64,000 bases of DNA from positions 1,426,001 through 1,490,000 of the forward strand of contig JANHCV010000008.1 of NCBI GenBank assembly GCA_025594325.1, in the 5' to 3' direction. The translations under genes were made by a program, and so were the position numbers. Positions 44,598 to 56,490 of the stretch are shown here, in pieces. The stretch comes from Blastocladiella emersonii ATCC 22665 (lineage: Eukaryota > Fungi > Blastocladiomycota). Every line of letters starts with the position of its first letter. The stretch's first letter is position 1. The notes under the pieces are model-generated. The model did no database searches. It was not told the DNA's origin and worked only from the letters and a program-made list of their open reading frames with translations.

Positions 44598-45929
44598 TTA
44601 CCACCGACTATCGTCATCAGCTTCGTCGTCGGTCCAAGCCTCGTCGATGTCATCGATATCTGAGCAGCCCGAGTCGTCGCTGACATGAATGTCAAGGTCG
44701 GCAAACCGCGAGGCCAAGGACTCGTCGTAGAGCCCGAGTCGGTCAAATTCCGCGAGCAAGCAGGGCTTGGGCAGCCCGTAGAAGCGGAAGTGGTCCGAGA
44801 TCATCTCCACGACGCCTTCGATCTCCTCAAAGTGCGTAGCCTGGTGGAAGCGCTTGTCGAAGCACTGGTAGACGGCGAGGATCCGCTCGGGGTCGTACTC
44901 GGTGCCGGCCAAGACGCAGGCCATTCCATCGCCGTGAGTGCGCGGGTCGCTAGGATCCCAGCCGCGGTTGCAAAGCCACCGGTAGACTGCGCGGACTCTG
45001 CGGGCGGAGAGGTGTGGGGGAGCGTCCATGGTGATGCAGAAGAGTGAGTCCTGGTACACGTTGAGGTATTTGCGGACGAACAGGTTGCCGTCGAACCCAA
45101 AGCGTGGGTCGGAGAGGACGGGGAGGACGCGGTCGTCAAAGTGGCTCACGGCGATCCCGGCAAGCACTTGGAGGAGATTGAGCGACGTTGCGCGCGTGCG
45201 CCGAGTGGGGTTGCGGTTGTTTGGCATGTTAAACGCTTCGTAGCTGAACTCAATCGCGCTCCAAACGATCAGGTTCACTGGAGTTGAGAGGAGCGTGGGA
45301 GCGAATCGATGAAGCTCGACAAGAAAGTGCTTGAGCAGGTTCACTTGGCCAGCAGCCGCGAGGAAAATGCAAAGAAGAACAGCGAGGCCGACGTCCGAGG
45401 CTTGCGGCGAAGGCGGCTGGCCGATGACTTGGGCGGCACTCGCAGGCACATGCCTTTCGCGAAACTTGGACAGCTCGTGGGCAAAGGCCTGCGAGAGGTG
45501 CTGCGTGAGCTGTTCCGGGGTAAAGACACGCGGAAAAGTGCTGCCAGCGCGCTGGGCGACGGACGTGAGGTAAGTGCGCGAGATCCGGTGGAAGGTTGCT
45601 GGAGGGGCGTCCTTCTGCGAGAAACGATAAACGAAAACGTTGAGGGTGTTGAAAATGCCCCACTGAACGCTTGGTGGCATCGAGGGGGTCGCTAGCTTGG
45701 CGGCGATCCGCTCGCGGAGTTGCGGGCGAGCGTGGCGGTGCGTCAAGAGCGCCCGCGTTGTCCAGTGCACAGCGATGGGAGCACTTGCGTCCAAGATGGT
45801 ATCGGCGAGCGTGCGCGACGCGGCGGCAACGACGCTGCGCGCCCGTGCGAGCAACAAAACCTTGGCGCCAACGCGGGGAAGGCGAAACAAGTCATCGAGA
45901 CTCGGTTGCATCCAGTCCATTTGCTTCAT
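44598..45929 (-). CDS. Family B member, intact, 443 aa
   Basis: CCACCATG start (MKQMDWMQPSL) matches the paralog start; the ORF is uninterrupted. The ORF track's start at 46520 is an upstream extension. Confidence 0.75.
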   Translation of the reverse strand: MKQMDWMQPSLDDLFRLPRVGAKVLLLARARSVVAAASRTLADTILDASAPIAVHWTTRALLTHRHARPQLRERIAAKLATPSMPPSVQWGIFNTLNVFVYRFSQKDAPPATFHRISRTYLTSVAQRAGSTFPRVFTPEQLTQHLSQAFAHELSKFRERHVPASAAQVIGQPPSPQASDVGLAVLLCIFLAAAGQVNLLKHFLVELHRFAPTLLSTPVNLIVWSAIEFSYEAFNMPNNRNPTRRTRATSLNLLQVLAGIAVSHFDDRVLPVLSDPRFGFDGNLFVRKYLNVYQDSLFCITMDAPPHLSARRVRAVYRWLCNRGWDPSDPRTHGDGMACVLAGTEYDPERILAVYQCFDKRFHQATHFEEIEGVVEMISDHFRFYGLPKPCLLAEFDRLGLYDESLASRFADLDIHVSDDSGCSDIDDIDEAWTDDEADDDSRW

Positions 45930-47329
45930 GGTGGAGTTTGTGGTCAAGCTAGAGGGTGAATGACGAGCTCGTCCTGAGCGAAAGGGAAGCCCGTCAGCAA
46001 GCCGAGTCTGCGGTCCGGTTCGGTTCTCACAGCACGCGCCGCTCACGACCTGGCGCCCGTCCGGGTCGTAGGTGCAGAGCAGGCGGCGCACACGGTCGAG
46101 TAGGATGAAGGAAATGAGGTTGCATTGGTGGCAGCGAGGGTGAGGGGAGGAGGTGCGGCAGAGCGCCGAGGCTACGACCAGGGCTACGACGGGACGGTGG
46201 TGGCGATGAGCGAGTGCTATGGGCGACGGTGACGCGTCAGTGCATGGTCGCGGTCGCCGTACGGAAGGGGACGCGTACCTCGAGCGCGGAACGGGCTTGA
46301 TACGCGGTGCGGCGCCTAGACACGCACTCATGCGGTCGAGCGAGTCGCGTTGCGCGTCGAGGCGCGCGAGCAGACGGCAGCAGACAGCATACCGTGTTGC
46401 CGCGTGCTGAGGCGGCGGGACGCGTGGCACGGCAGGGGCAGGGGCGCTCGAGGTGTTATACGAGACGTGGACTCGCGCCGCGCGGCGGCCGCGACCGAGA
46501 AGCTTGAGCGAGCTCACCAACTGTACAGATGCGCGCTGTGAGACCGAGGCGCGCGGAACTGACGCGCAGCCAGCAGCGTACCGTGTGGCGCGCGGCCAGC
46601 TCGATGGCCGGGCACGCGTGAGTCGAAGGTCTTGAGACCGCGGACTCGGATGCGCGCGCGGCCGGCTACACGAGCGCCGCTCAGTCGTTAGTCCCGCTGG
46701 TTCATGCGCGCGCGGCTGATGGCGCAGCGGGTGCGTCTCCTCGCGCTGCGCCGTGCCCTGTCGCTGCAGGACAGCGCGCGGGTGGAGCTAGCGCACGACA
46801 GCGCGTCGCGCGCGCGTGAGACACGCGCACGCGCGGCGGCGACACGATGGCGGCGAGACAGCACCCACGGCGCCATGACGGCGGGACGGCTCGCGCGGTA
46901 CAGCGCGGTGGCGAGCGTGGCCGGCGGCAGCGTGCGGAGCTCGCACCGCGACGTTCAGTGCGACTGGAGCCAAGCGCGGCGACGGCGAGCGCGACGCAGC
47001 GAGGGGCAGCTTGAGACGCGCGTCATCCGCGCGGTTTCCCTCACGCGCAAGTGATAGTTTCACAACGCCGCGCGACATGACGCGTCCTTTTCCAGATACT
47101 TTTCATCGTCGTGCCTGGCTGGCTAGCCGTTTTTGGAAGCTTCGTAAAAGTGCTGCTCCTGGCAGTTCCAACACTTGATTGAGTCGTTCGGGGGATAAGT
47201 GCACGTCGCATTGCGAGAGCCTGGTGAAGCAAAAGCCGTTGAGGCTCAGCGGGAAGTCCGAGCGAGGCCGTCGCTCCAGAGCCGAACGCCGATTGAGCCA
47301 ACGATATCGAGGAGCGCGGGTGAAGCGAG

Positions 47330-47570
47330 TTGGGCATTCGCGTTCGAGCGCGGCCAGGGCGAGCAAACCGCGGTACCGCTGGAGGCCAAGCGCGGGGTAC
47401 GCGGATGCGATCTCGGATCAGACGTTCGCATCGATGGGAGCGTGGACTGAGTCCGACAAGTTGTGGCCGACCACCAGTCCAAGTTTGGGCCGATGGCTCA
47501 GCAGCAGGTCCGTTTCGTCGGCCAGGTGCGGGTGGGGAACGCGGGCATGGGCGGTCGCCCCGTGCGCCAT
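47330..47570 (-). pseudogene. Possible family C N-domain remnant
   Basis: IDANV*SEIASAYPALGL..LLALAAL resembles VDPTVWAQILELDFISLGLP..WHLAAL. Confidence 0.3.
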
Positions 47571-48053
47571 ATGCGACCGTCAGCGAGTGCAAGCAAATAG
47601 CAGGAGGATGCGCATGTTTCAGTGTTCAAGGACACGGGCAATGGACTCGGGCGGACGATATGCCAAGCCGCGCGACGCGACGCGACGCGTCGGTGTGCGG
47701 TTCGGCGAGCCGGACGACCGTCCCACCATTACACATATGCAGCAAGTGCGCCCAATACATTGCATCGACTCCATCTCTCTCCCGCGAAGCGCCGGGAGCG
47801 GCGGAGAAGCGAGAAGAACGACGCCAAGTCCGCGGCGCGGTCATGTGACGCGCGATCGCGGTGGCACGCCACGTGGCGCCAGTGGGCGTGTGGCGGACTC
47901 GTGTGCGTCCGCGGGTCGGTTGGCGGCGCCCACTTCTCTTGGAGCCTTCTTGCCCTCTCTCTCTCCCTCAGCACAACGAAGCACACGCATCAACCCTGTC
48001 GTCGGCCCTGCACCGACGCACCCCCCTCTACCCCTACACTTCACCAACCCACC

Positions 48054-48875
48054 ATGGGCGCCGACTGCTGCGGCGGCGACACCGGGTCGCGGCACGACCC
48101 GCACGCGGCGAGCCGCGCTCTGGCGCACGCCGAGGCCGAGGGGCTCGTCAGCAAGGACCTCAAGGCACGGCTCGAGCGGGTCGCGGCGTACCTGGGCGAC
48201 GCCAAGCGGTCGGGGGTGCGGATCCACGGCGGCGTGCTGAACGGCACCCGCGTGAGCTACTTCCGCGGCAAGCACGCGGTGGCCGCGCTCGATAAGGAAG
48301 TGGCCGAGGGGATGGTCCTGCGCGATGCGGATATTCCGCACGACCACGAGCACGACCACGACCACGAGGACGCGGTCTGTGACGCGCACCAGCCGCTGTC
48401 CAAGGCCGACCGGATCACGGCGACGCTCGAGACGCTGGTCCTGCACGGCCTGATCGTGCGCGTCGACAAGCACCCGCAGCAGAAGAAGGTGGTGTCGATC
48501 ACGGCGCTGCAGTCGTTCGACCCCGCCGAGTACTACGTGCTGGCGTACACGCCGCACTCGCTGTTCATGACCTTTGCCTCGCTCGGGCTCGTCGCGGTCG
48601 TCCTCGCCGGCGTCATGTTCCCGCTGTGGCCCGAGCCGCTGCGCGTCGGCGTCTCGTACCTGTCGTACGCGATTTTGGGGCTGCTCGGGGTTCTGTTCGC
48701 GCTCGCTATCGTCCGGCTGGTGGTCTACGGCGCCCTGTACGCGGTCGGCAAGCCCGGCTGGCTGTTTCCTAACCTGTTCGCGGACGTCGGGATCCTCGAG
48801 TCGTTTGTGCCCGTGTGGGAGTGGGAGTCGTCGACGGCCGCGGCACCAGCGGACGCGAAGCCCAAGTCGGAGTAG
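48054..48875 (+). CDS. SEC62: ER translocation protein Sec62, 273 aa, intronless
   Basis: YFRGKHAV, two TM segments, LFPLWP-like VMFPLWP, WLFPNLFADVGILESFVPVWEW; ACCATGG start context. Confidence 0.93.
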   Translation: MGADCCGGDTGSRHDPHAASRALAHAEAEGLVSKDLKARLERVAAYLGDAKRSGVRIHGGVLNGTRVSYFRGKHAVAALDKEVAEGMVLRDADIPHDHEHDHDHEDAVCDAHQPLSKADRITATLETLVLHGLIVRVDKHPQQKKVVSITALQSFDPAEYYVLAYTPHSLFMTFASLGLVAVVLAGVMFPLWPEPLRVGVSYLSYAILGLLGVLFALAIVRLVVYGALYAVGKPGWLFPNLFADVGILESFVPVWEWESSTAAAPADAKPKSE

Positions 48876-49379
48876 TAGCAGTTGTCGTGATTCCCCTCTT
48901 CCTCATGTCCCCCTACGCATATACATTTGTCCTCCCCTCTTGATTGATCGCTGGCCTGACTCGGGAGTCGACGTTGGCCCCTGAATGTCTCGCAAAAGAA
49001 TCAGGTGACCAAAACGCGTCTCGCACCTTATTCGCTCGACGACGCGTCGCGCGCCCGCGCGATCAAGCCGTAATATCCGCTGACGCGCTGCTGCTGATCG
49101 TCCGCTGCACACCTCATGTAACTCTGATCGAACAACCACTCGCTGCAACGCAACGCAAACCGAACAAAATGACTACGCTGGGCATCCCCGCGCTCCCCGC
49201 GCCGGGCCCGCCACCTCCCGCCGCGCAACTACCCGCGGCATCGAAGCGTATGCCGCTCGAGACCCGATGCATCAACACACCCTAACCCGCGCCCACGCGC
49301 CGTAGACATCGCGGCGGCCGCCGCCATCGCGACGAAAGACGTCCCCGGCGTACGTCACTACGAGCAGACGACGCAGGCC

Positions 49380-50934
49380 ATGGCGCTCAAGGACGCGGCG
49401 GCGGCGCGGCGCCGGCTCGCAACCACCAAGAAGAAACCGATGCGCGGAATCAACCCGAACGAGGTGGCGATCCCCGACGGGCTCAAGCCGGATGAGAAGG
49501 ACCGGTTGTTGCAGGAGATCAAGGTACGCGGGGCGAGCGCGCGACGCGAGCGAGAGCGAGATGGTGGGGTGGGGTGCTAAAGCGAGCCCGCCGTGTAGAA
49601 AAAATGGCAGGCCGATTTCGGCCAGCGGATCCGGTACGAGGAGGCGAACCGGGTGCTGCGCGAGCAGGTGGCCAAGCTGGCGGCGCGCGTCGACGAGCTC
49701 GAGGGCGGCGGCGAACCGCACGCCGCACCCGACGACGCGGCCGCTGCCGCACCGGGAGACGCCCGCGCGCGCGTCCGGCGCAACGACGCGCAGTTCACGC
49801 GCCTTGGCGCACAGCTGAAGCGCGCGACGGGCAAGCTCCCCGCACCCGCACCACCTGCAGCCACGGGCCACCGACTCGGCGCGACCGACGACGAGACGCT
49901 GCGGCAGACCAACGTGATCGTGGTGCTCACCCGCCGTAACAAGGAGCTGCTGGGGGAGCGCAAGAAGATGGAGGAACTCCTGCACGCCAAGACGGTGCAG
50001 GCCGAGGGCGAGGTGCGTCGCGCCGAGAAGCTGGACCGCGCGCTCGAGCTCGAGCGGAACAAGTTCACGCGCGACCGGACCAAGCTCGAGGCGCAGATCG
50101 AGGCCGCCGGGCGGGTTAAGGCGGGGTTAGACGATCGCGTGCGTGAACTTGAGCGCAAGCTCGAGCATGCGGCGCGGGTCCGGCTGTCGCTCGAGCACCA
50201 GGTCGCCGGGCTCAGGGATAAGCTCGACTCGCTCATGATCGATTACTCGGACGTGGTCGCCGCGGTGCCTGTCGGCGACGACGAGGGCATGGGGTCGCCG
50301 CAGCCCGCACGCAAGCGGATGGCGACCAACGCGTCGATTGCGGGGCCGCCGGTGGAAGGCGCTGCTGCGGGCGGCGAGGAGGGTACGCGCTGACCGACTC
50401 GCGCAACACGCGCGCCCGACTGACCCGCGCACCTGCGCGCGTGTAGACGACAAGGTGAAGCAAGCCCGGCTCGCGCTCGAGTACGAGACGTGGGTGCGCA
50501 AGAAGCGCGACGACGCGGGCGCCTCCCCTTCACCCCCGCCCCCTCCACCCCACCCTTCCCACCCCGCCGCCGCACCGCGCGCGCGCAAGCGCACCATCGA
50601 CGACGCCGCCGCGCGCCGCGCCGCCGAAACCGAAGCCCAGCGCGCTGCCGAGGCGGAAGCCGCGGAAGCCGAGGAGCGGAGGCGACAGCAAGCCGAGGAC
50701 GACGCACGTCGGCGCGCCGAGGAGGAGGCGCGCGCGGTGCGCGAGGCCGAGGACCTGGCGCGCGTGCAGCGCGAGGCCGAGGCGCGCGAGCAGGAGCGCG
50801 TGCGGCAGGCCGACGAGGAGATTGCGAGGCAGCAGGCCGAGATGGAGGCCGAGCAGGCGGCACAGGCGGCGGCCGCGGCGGCGGCTGGGGGAGGAGGAGG
50901 AGGGAAAAAGAAGAAGGGCAAGTGGGGCCGGTAG
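49380..50934 (+). CDS. Three-exon coiled-coil protein, about 471 aa (exons 49380-49523, 49599-50382, 50447-50934)
   Basis: Both introns are GTACGC..CTRAY..TAG and restore the frame; heptad-rich and E/R/A-rich segments; family not recognised. Confidence 0.8.
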
Positions 50935-51161
50935 TAGACGAGATATTTGATGTTGTTCATGTCATGTATTATTTCTCTTGATCATGCATGGGTGCGTTGC
51001 GAGAGGGGGAGAGAAGAGAAGAACGGAGAGCGTCAGGTGACGCGCCCGCCCACGCGACCGCCCCCTGCCGCGAGACTCCCGCGCAGAGACACCCCGCTTT
51101 GGTGGGACCCTCCCTCCCCTCCCTCTCTCTCCTGCGCCCCACGCCAAGAACTCTATCAACC

Positions 51162-51932
51162 ATGGAAGACACGGAATGGAACGACGCCCTGCGCGCGCGC
51201 GGGATCCTGCCGCCCAAGGAGGTCGAGGTGACCGAGGCCGAGCTCGAGGCGCTCGTCGACGCGGCCGCGCTCGACCACGCGCGCGCCCGCGAGCGCGAGC
51301 TCGAGGAGGCGAGTCTGAGCGATCTCGACGAGCTCGAGGACGACGAGGATGATCGCGTCCTGGACATGTACCGGTACGTCACGCTTCGCGTGGTGCTCGC
51401 GCGCCGCCCGCTCACCCCGTGAACGTGTAGCCGCCGCCGCATGCAAGAAATGGCCGCCGCGGCGTCGCGCAAGCTGCACGGCGACCTGCGGCAGATCTCG
51501 GAACCCGACTTTGTGCGCGAGGTGAGCGACGGGTCCAAGGACGGCACCTGGGTCGTGTGCCACCTGTTCAAGGACAGCATTCCGGCGTGCAAGCTCGTCA
51601 ACGCCCTGCTCACGCGGCTCGCGATGCACTACCGCGAAACCAAGTTCGTCAAGATCGTCGGCGACCACTGCATCCACGGGTACCCGGACCGCAACATGCC
51701 CACGCTGCTCGTCTACGGCCACGGCGAGCTCGTCAAGCAGATTGTCGGCATCGCGAGTTTCCCGGGCGGCATGGGGTGTACCCAGGCCGACCTCGAGCGC
51801 ATGCTGACGGCGCTCGGCGCGATCGAGAAGACCGCGCGCGAGGACGGCGGGTCCGACGACGACGAGCGGCCCGGGTTCCGCGTCAACCGCGCGTCCAAGA
51901 AAGAGGAGGATAGCGACAGCGACTGGGATTGA
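51162..51932 (+). CDS. PLP2: Phosducin-like protein (Plp2/PDCL3 type), 237 aa (exons 51162-51373, 51431-51932)
   Basis: EDTEWNDALRARGILPPKE, thioredoxin-like VVCHLFK..KFVKI..YPDRNMPTLLVY, C-terminal DSDWD; phase-2 GT-AG intron. Confidence 0.92.
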
Positions 51933-51948
51933 TTCCGACGGTGATATA

Positions 51949-53747
51949 TTAGTTTCCTCCTCCTCGCACCCCCGTCAACCGGTCCACCGTCTCGCGCAGC
52001 GACTCGACCTCGGCACGCAGGTAGTTGAAGTCGTCCACCGACACACCGCTCTCCACCTCCAAGACCGTCTCGGGCACCATACTCCCGCGCCGCCGCCCCG
52101 ACGACGACGGCAGCCCCTCCTCGGCCAGCCGCGACAGGAACGACGCCTCGAACTCGCTCTGCATCGACGTGTTCCCCACCTCGTCCTCGCTCACGTGGAG
52201 CGCCGGGGGAGGCGGCGGGGGTGGGTGGATCGGCGACGGCATCGCGAGCCCGGACCACGCGTTGCGCGCCGTCGGCCACCCGCTGCCCGCGTGCGGGGCG
52301 GGCGGTGCGGACCCGGGACCCGCCACGACGCGGATCGGGGAGGGAGAGGGAGGCGAGAATAGCGTCGCGGTCGTCGTGTCGCCCTCGCCCTCGCCGTCTT
52401 CGGAATCGGAGTCGGTCAGCGAGCCGAGCAGGTTGGCCGCAGGTGCGTGCGACGCGTGGTAGTGCGCCGCCGCCGACGCGGGTTTGCGCAGCGGGGCCGG
52501 CCGCCGCTTCGCCTTGGGTTTGGTCGCGGCGGGGGACTTGAGCGAGCGCCTACACGGGTGTCGCGAGGGTTAGCTCAGCTGCGGTACAGCGGGTGGTAAG
52601 AAGACGCACCACTTGGCCTGGATCGACCGCGCCGCGACGTGCCGGACAAACCCGGCCATCCGGCGGTTTTCGGCCACGACCGCGGCCACCGTAGCGCGCA
52701 GCGCCGCGAGCTCGCCCGCCTGAGCCTCGAGCTGTGCGCGGACTGCCGCGTCATGCGGTCCCGCGACGGGCGTCGGCGTAGGCGTCGGCGACCCGGGTTC
52801 CGCGACCGAAACCCCCAGCCCGCGCACCCGCTCCTCGAGCAACGCGAGCTGGCCCTTGACCCCCGCGACGGCGCGCTCGACCGGCGCGAGGTGCGTGCGG
52901 ACCGCGCGCGCCGACACGGCGGCGGCCTGAGTCTGGTACCGCCGCACGGCGAGCCGGACGAGGTGCCCGCGGACCACGCGCTGGATCGTCACGGCCGCGG
53001 CCGCGGCGTCGTCGGCGACGTCGTTGTCGGGCGACGTGATGCCGCGGATCAGGTCCCACTCCCACGACGACGTGGCGTGCGACAGGGGTTCGGCGGAGGC
53101 GGCGCGCGAGTGCGTGGTGGTAGGTGCGGCGGAACCGCAGCCGCCGATCCGGGCGCACGCGGACCACAGCGCGCGGAGCGCTGGCGGGGCGACGTAGATG
53201 ACACGCGTGATCGCCGACACGGGCGCCGCGTCGGCAACAGCGGTTGGTGGTGGCGAAGCGGACCGCGCACGCGTCAGCGACGGCGGCTCGATCACAGACG
53301 CGGGCCTTGGCGAGTTCGCACCGCGGCGCAGGACGATCCCCGCGCGCTTCCGCGCGGTAAACCCGCGCCACCGCGCCTGGATCCGCGTGGCGGCGGCGTG
53401 GAACCGCGCGAGCTCCGAGTCGACGAGCGCCAGCACCTGCTGCCTGAGCAGGCCGACCTGCGCGTCGAGGCCCAGCACGTGGCTGCGCAGCGACGCGAGT
53501 TCGGAGACGTCTAAGTGCGGGAACGGGTGAGGCGCGGTCGCGGGAGTGGGGATCGTGGGGAGAGCATACCCTCGCGGTACTGGTCAAAGAAACTCTGCTC
53601 GTGGTCCGAGAGCGGGTGGAACTCAGAGTAGGCGACGAGCGGGGATGCGGCACCGCCCGCGGAGGCGCGTTTGACGGTGCTCGCGGTGCTGGCGACCGAC
53701 GCCGGGCGGGCCGGGCCCGGCGGGACGGGGGACGGGGAGGCGGCCAT
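51949..53747 (-). CDS. Three-exon IQ-motif and coiled-coil protein, about 559 aa (exons 53747-53570, 53510-52610, 52549-51949)
   Basis: IQARWRGFTARK, IQRVVRGHLVRL and IQAKW/RS; the GT-AG introns restore the frame. Confidence 0.8.
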
Positions 53748-53875
53748 GGTTTTCGGGGGACCCGGGTCGTGTTGCATGGAGTGTCAGGGTCGGGTGGGCC
53801 GTGAGGGAGGGGGGTGGGGGGAGGGGGGAGAGGAGGGGGAGATGATCGGCGGGCGAACGGAGAGACAAGCTTCGC

Positions 53876-54049
53876 CAGGGGTGCTAGTGGGGTGTGCGAG
53901 CCCGAAGGGCGAGCAGATTCCCTTTTGGCGTTTTCTCCGACACGGCGAGCGATTTCTCCGACACGCGTCGCGCGCACACGTGATCCCCCATTTGGGAATC
54001 TTGCTCTCTCGCTCGGCCCTCGGCCTCGCACACCCCACTAGCACCCCTG
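53876..54049. mobile_element. 174-bp MITE (CAGGGG..CCCCTG termini, hAT/P-like)
   Basis: About 39-bp TIRs with 3 mismatches; GCTTCGC on both sides (53869-53875 and 54050-54056). Confidence 0.8.
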
Positions 54050-56338
54050 GCTTCGCGTCGCCGAAGTACGCCGCACGTGGGCAGCTCAGGGGTTCGGTGA
54101 GCTTTCGCAGGGAGTTTTCGTTGGGGACTGTCAGTCGTATCTATGTATTGGTATTTGGGGAATATTCCGGATTATTTGGATTATTTGCAAACGAGCTGGG
54201 TGATCGACGAAAGTGTCTCCACGCTGTCACGCGAAACTCACATGATCGAAACGCGTCTCGCACCCGCGCGACCTCTGTCGGCGGTTGAGGTCAGCCGCGG
54301 GACAAATCATGAACATTCGACCCTTCTGGACGCGTCGTTTATGACTTGATACATAGTCTGGCGAATCGCACGTGACACCCTGTAACGCTCCGACTAGTGG
54401 AGCCGATGGGGAGTAGCTGGATCGACGATATGAATGAACCACATGGAGCTAGCTCCAATGACACGTTGCACCAGGTCGACGCTCTGCTTTATCGGCTGGC
54501 CAAACCCAACACGCGGACGTTTGGCCTCCCGCGGCAGCGCCACGCTCGCTCGAGAAACCCATCGCATCACTGAACGCTAACCAAAACCTCGCTTCACCAC
54601 ACCACGCGTTCCCAAGCTTCGCGCGTACATCCCGCTTGCTATGCCGAAGAGGAACGAGCCGTGGGGCACTGACGACTTTGCTGCGGTCCGAGCTCTGGGG
54701 CAACGATCCGTGGTGCCTGTGATGCCGCTCGTCTTGGCACTCGCGTTCTTTGCTGTTCATCGTTTGGATCTTGAGAGGTTGGATGTGACGCTTTATCCGG
54801 GGCTTGGACTCTGGGAGCTGTTACAGTTGGCCAACGCGTTGCTCGTCATCCACCCGACAATTATTCATTGGCGAGTTGGCTGCCTTGCGGTTGCTGCTGT
54901 CTTCAACCCAGAAACGCGTAGCTCTGCGCTGTTTCTCATGCAGAGATCTCGCACCACGCTTGCGTTTGCTGGGTCCCTCATCTTCGGCATGCTTACGAGC
55001 CTGAGCGATCTTGGCTGCGTCCCGCTTGAATTAGGCGTCAAAACCTGCTCCAAATGTCCCCCAACAGTTCAGCCTGTGTGGACGGCGACCCTCGTGACTC
55101 TGTTCCACCAAACGCGACAGCCACTTAGGGCCCGTTTGGTCCAAAAGGGCATCAGAACGCCACGTCAGAACAGGACCGTGAGAATGACCTCGTTCCGCTC
55201 CAGCCCGTTTTGTTCAGAACCATGACCCAAACGCCATCGCCTCATTTCATTCTCACACTCACTGAGAACGCTCGATGCGACTCGACAGAAGCGCGCTCGT
55301 GCTGCAAACTGCCTCAGTAATCTTCGCTCACCTCCATGTACTCGTTTTCGTCACCATCAGTACTCGCATCAGCGAATGTGGCGAGTTCCCGCTCAGACAC
55401 GGTCCTCGAGGTAAGTCTCGCTCCAATTATTCATCTCCTCGCCAGGATGAACTCGTGTGCTCCCACTTGAGCCTTCAAAATACGTCGAGTACTCGCCAGA
55501 CGAGGTGTTGAGGAGGTACGTGGTCGTTTCATGGTCAGTGCTCGCATGAACAACGCGGTCGGCAGTTTCACTCAACATCTCTCAGCTCTTGCAACGTCGC
55601 GCGGGGAGCAGAGGGTCTTTCACTTGTGACACACTCAACAATGATATGCGTCATCTATGCAGGGGCTAGTCCCGAGGATCCGACCTAGAGTCGGCTAAAC
55701 CCACCCCACTGATGTCATGAACTGGGCTCAAAGCGCCACGATAGAAGGAGGCTTACCCCTTGCCATCCAAGTCCCTCGCCTAGAACTTCCTTCGAGATGT
55801 TCATGAACACAGCACTTGGTTTGAACTCACCCTCGTGCAAACAGAGGGCTGATTTAGAGGGACCCAGATCCAGTGCCTGCCAGGCAAGAGTGATCAGTGA
55901 CCATGGCCATGGCCATGGTCATGGTCGTCGCATTTTTATCAAGGCCGCTTTGATTTCGACCGCGACGCCGCTCAACGAATGGTCGCTCAAAAAGACGTTT
56001 TATTGAGTTTACTACCACCGAGTGACGCTTAATAAAACCTTTTATCATCAACGTATATTCCAAGAGACGTCAAGCTGGACCCGTGACCAACGAGCATCTC
56101 GACACGGTGCATTTGTCAGTACATTGCCGTCGACAAGTGAAAACTGCGACTTGACCGGAATCGGTTACGGCGCATAAACCAGCAAATTAGCTCGTCAGAC
56201 GAGCGACGCACCGACACGGAGGCGCGAAGCCTCGCATGTCACCGATTACGCGCGCATGGAGAAGTGCGAGGATTTTGTTTCGACCTTCTTGACATAGCGC
56301 GGTCACCACGAGAAGTGAGACGATCATCTCGCACAATG

Positions 56339-56490
56339 TGTAACGGAGCGCCTGGGGAGGGCCGAATACACGATGACTAGCGAACGAGGATGTATGTGGT
56401 TGAACAGCAGGGAGCGAGAACAGAGTGCGAGCGAGCGGCGGCTCAACAATCTGAGACGTCACGGCGCACGTGCCAAACGCGCACGTGACA
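56339..56490 (-). repeat. 3' LTR (152 bp) of the truncated chromovirus
   Basis: Minus-strand TGTCACGTG..CCGTTACA directly after the PPT; its sequence differs from the 174-bp LTR. Confidence 0.8.

Noticed and set aside
45930-46520. 197-aa N-terminal extension of the family B ORF
   Set aside because: Paralogs start at MKQMD in good context; the extension is low-complexity and starts at a non-ATG codon.
46500-47050. CG-rich stretch resembling a MITE or repeat
   Set aside because: No TIR pair or TSD could be defined.
54641-55225. 194-aa ORF with hydrophobic stretches
   Set aside because: No recognisable family or paralog; may be a decayed gene.
55900-55925. CCATGG/TCATGG hexamer run
   Set aside because: Short simple repeat with no context.
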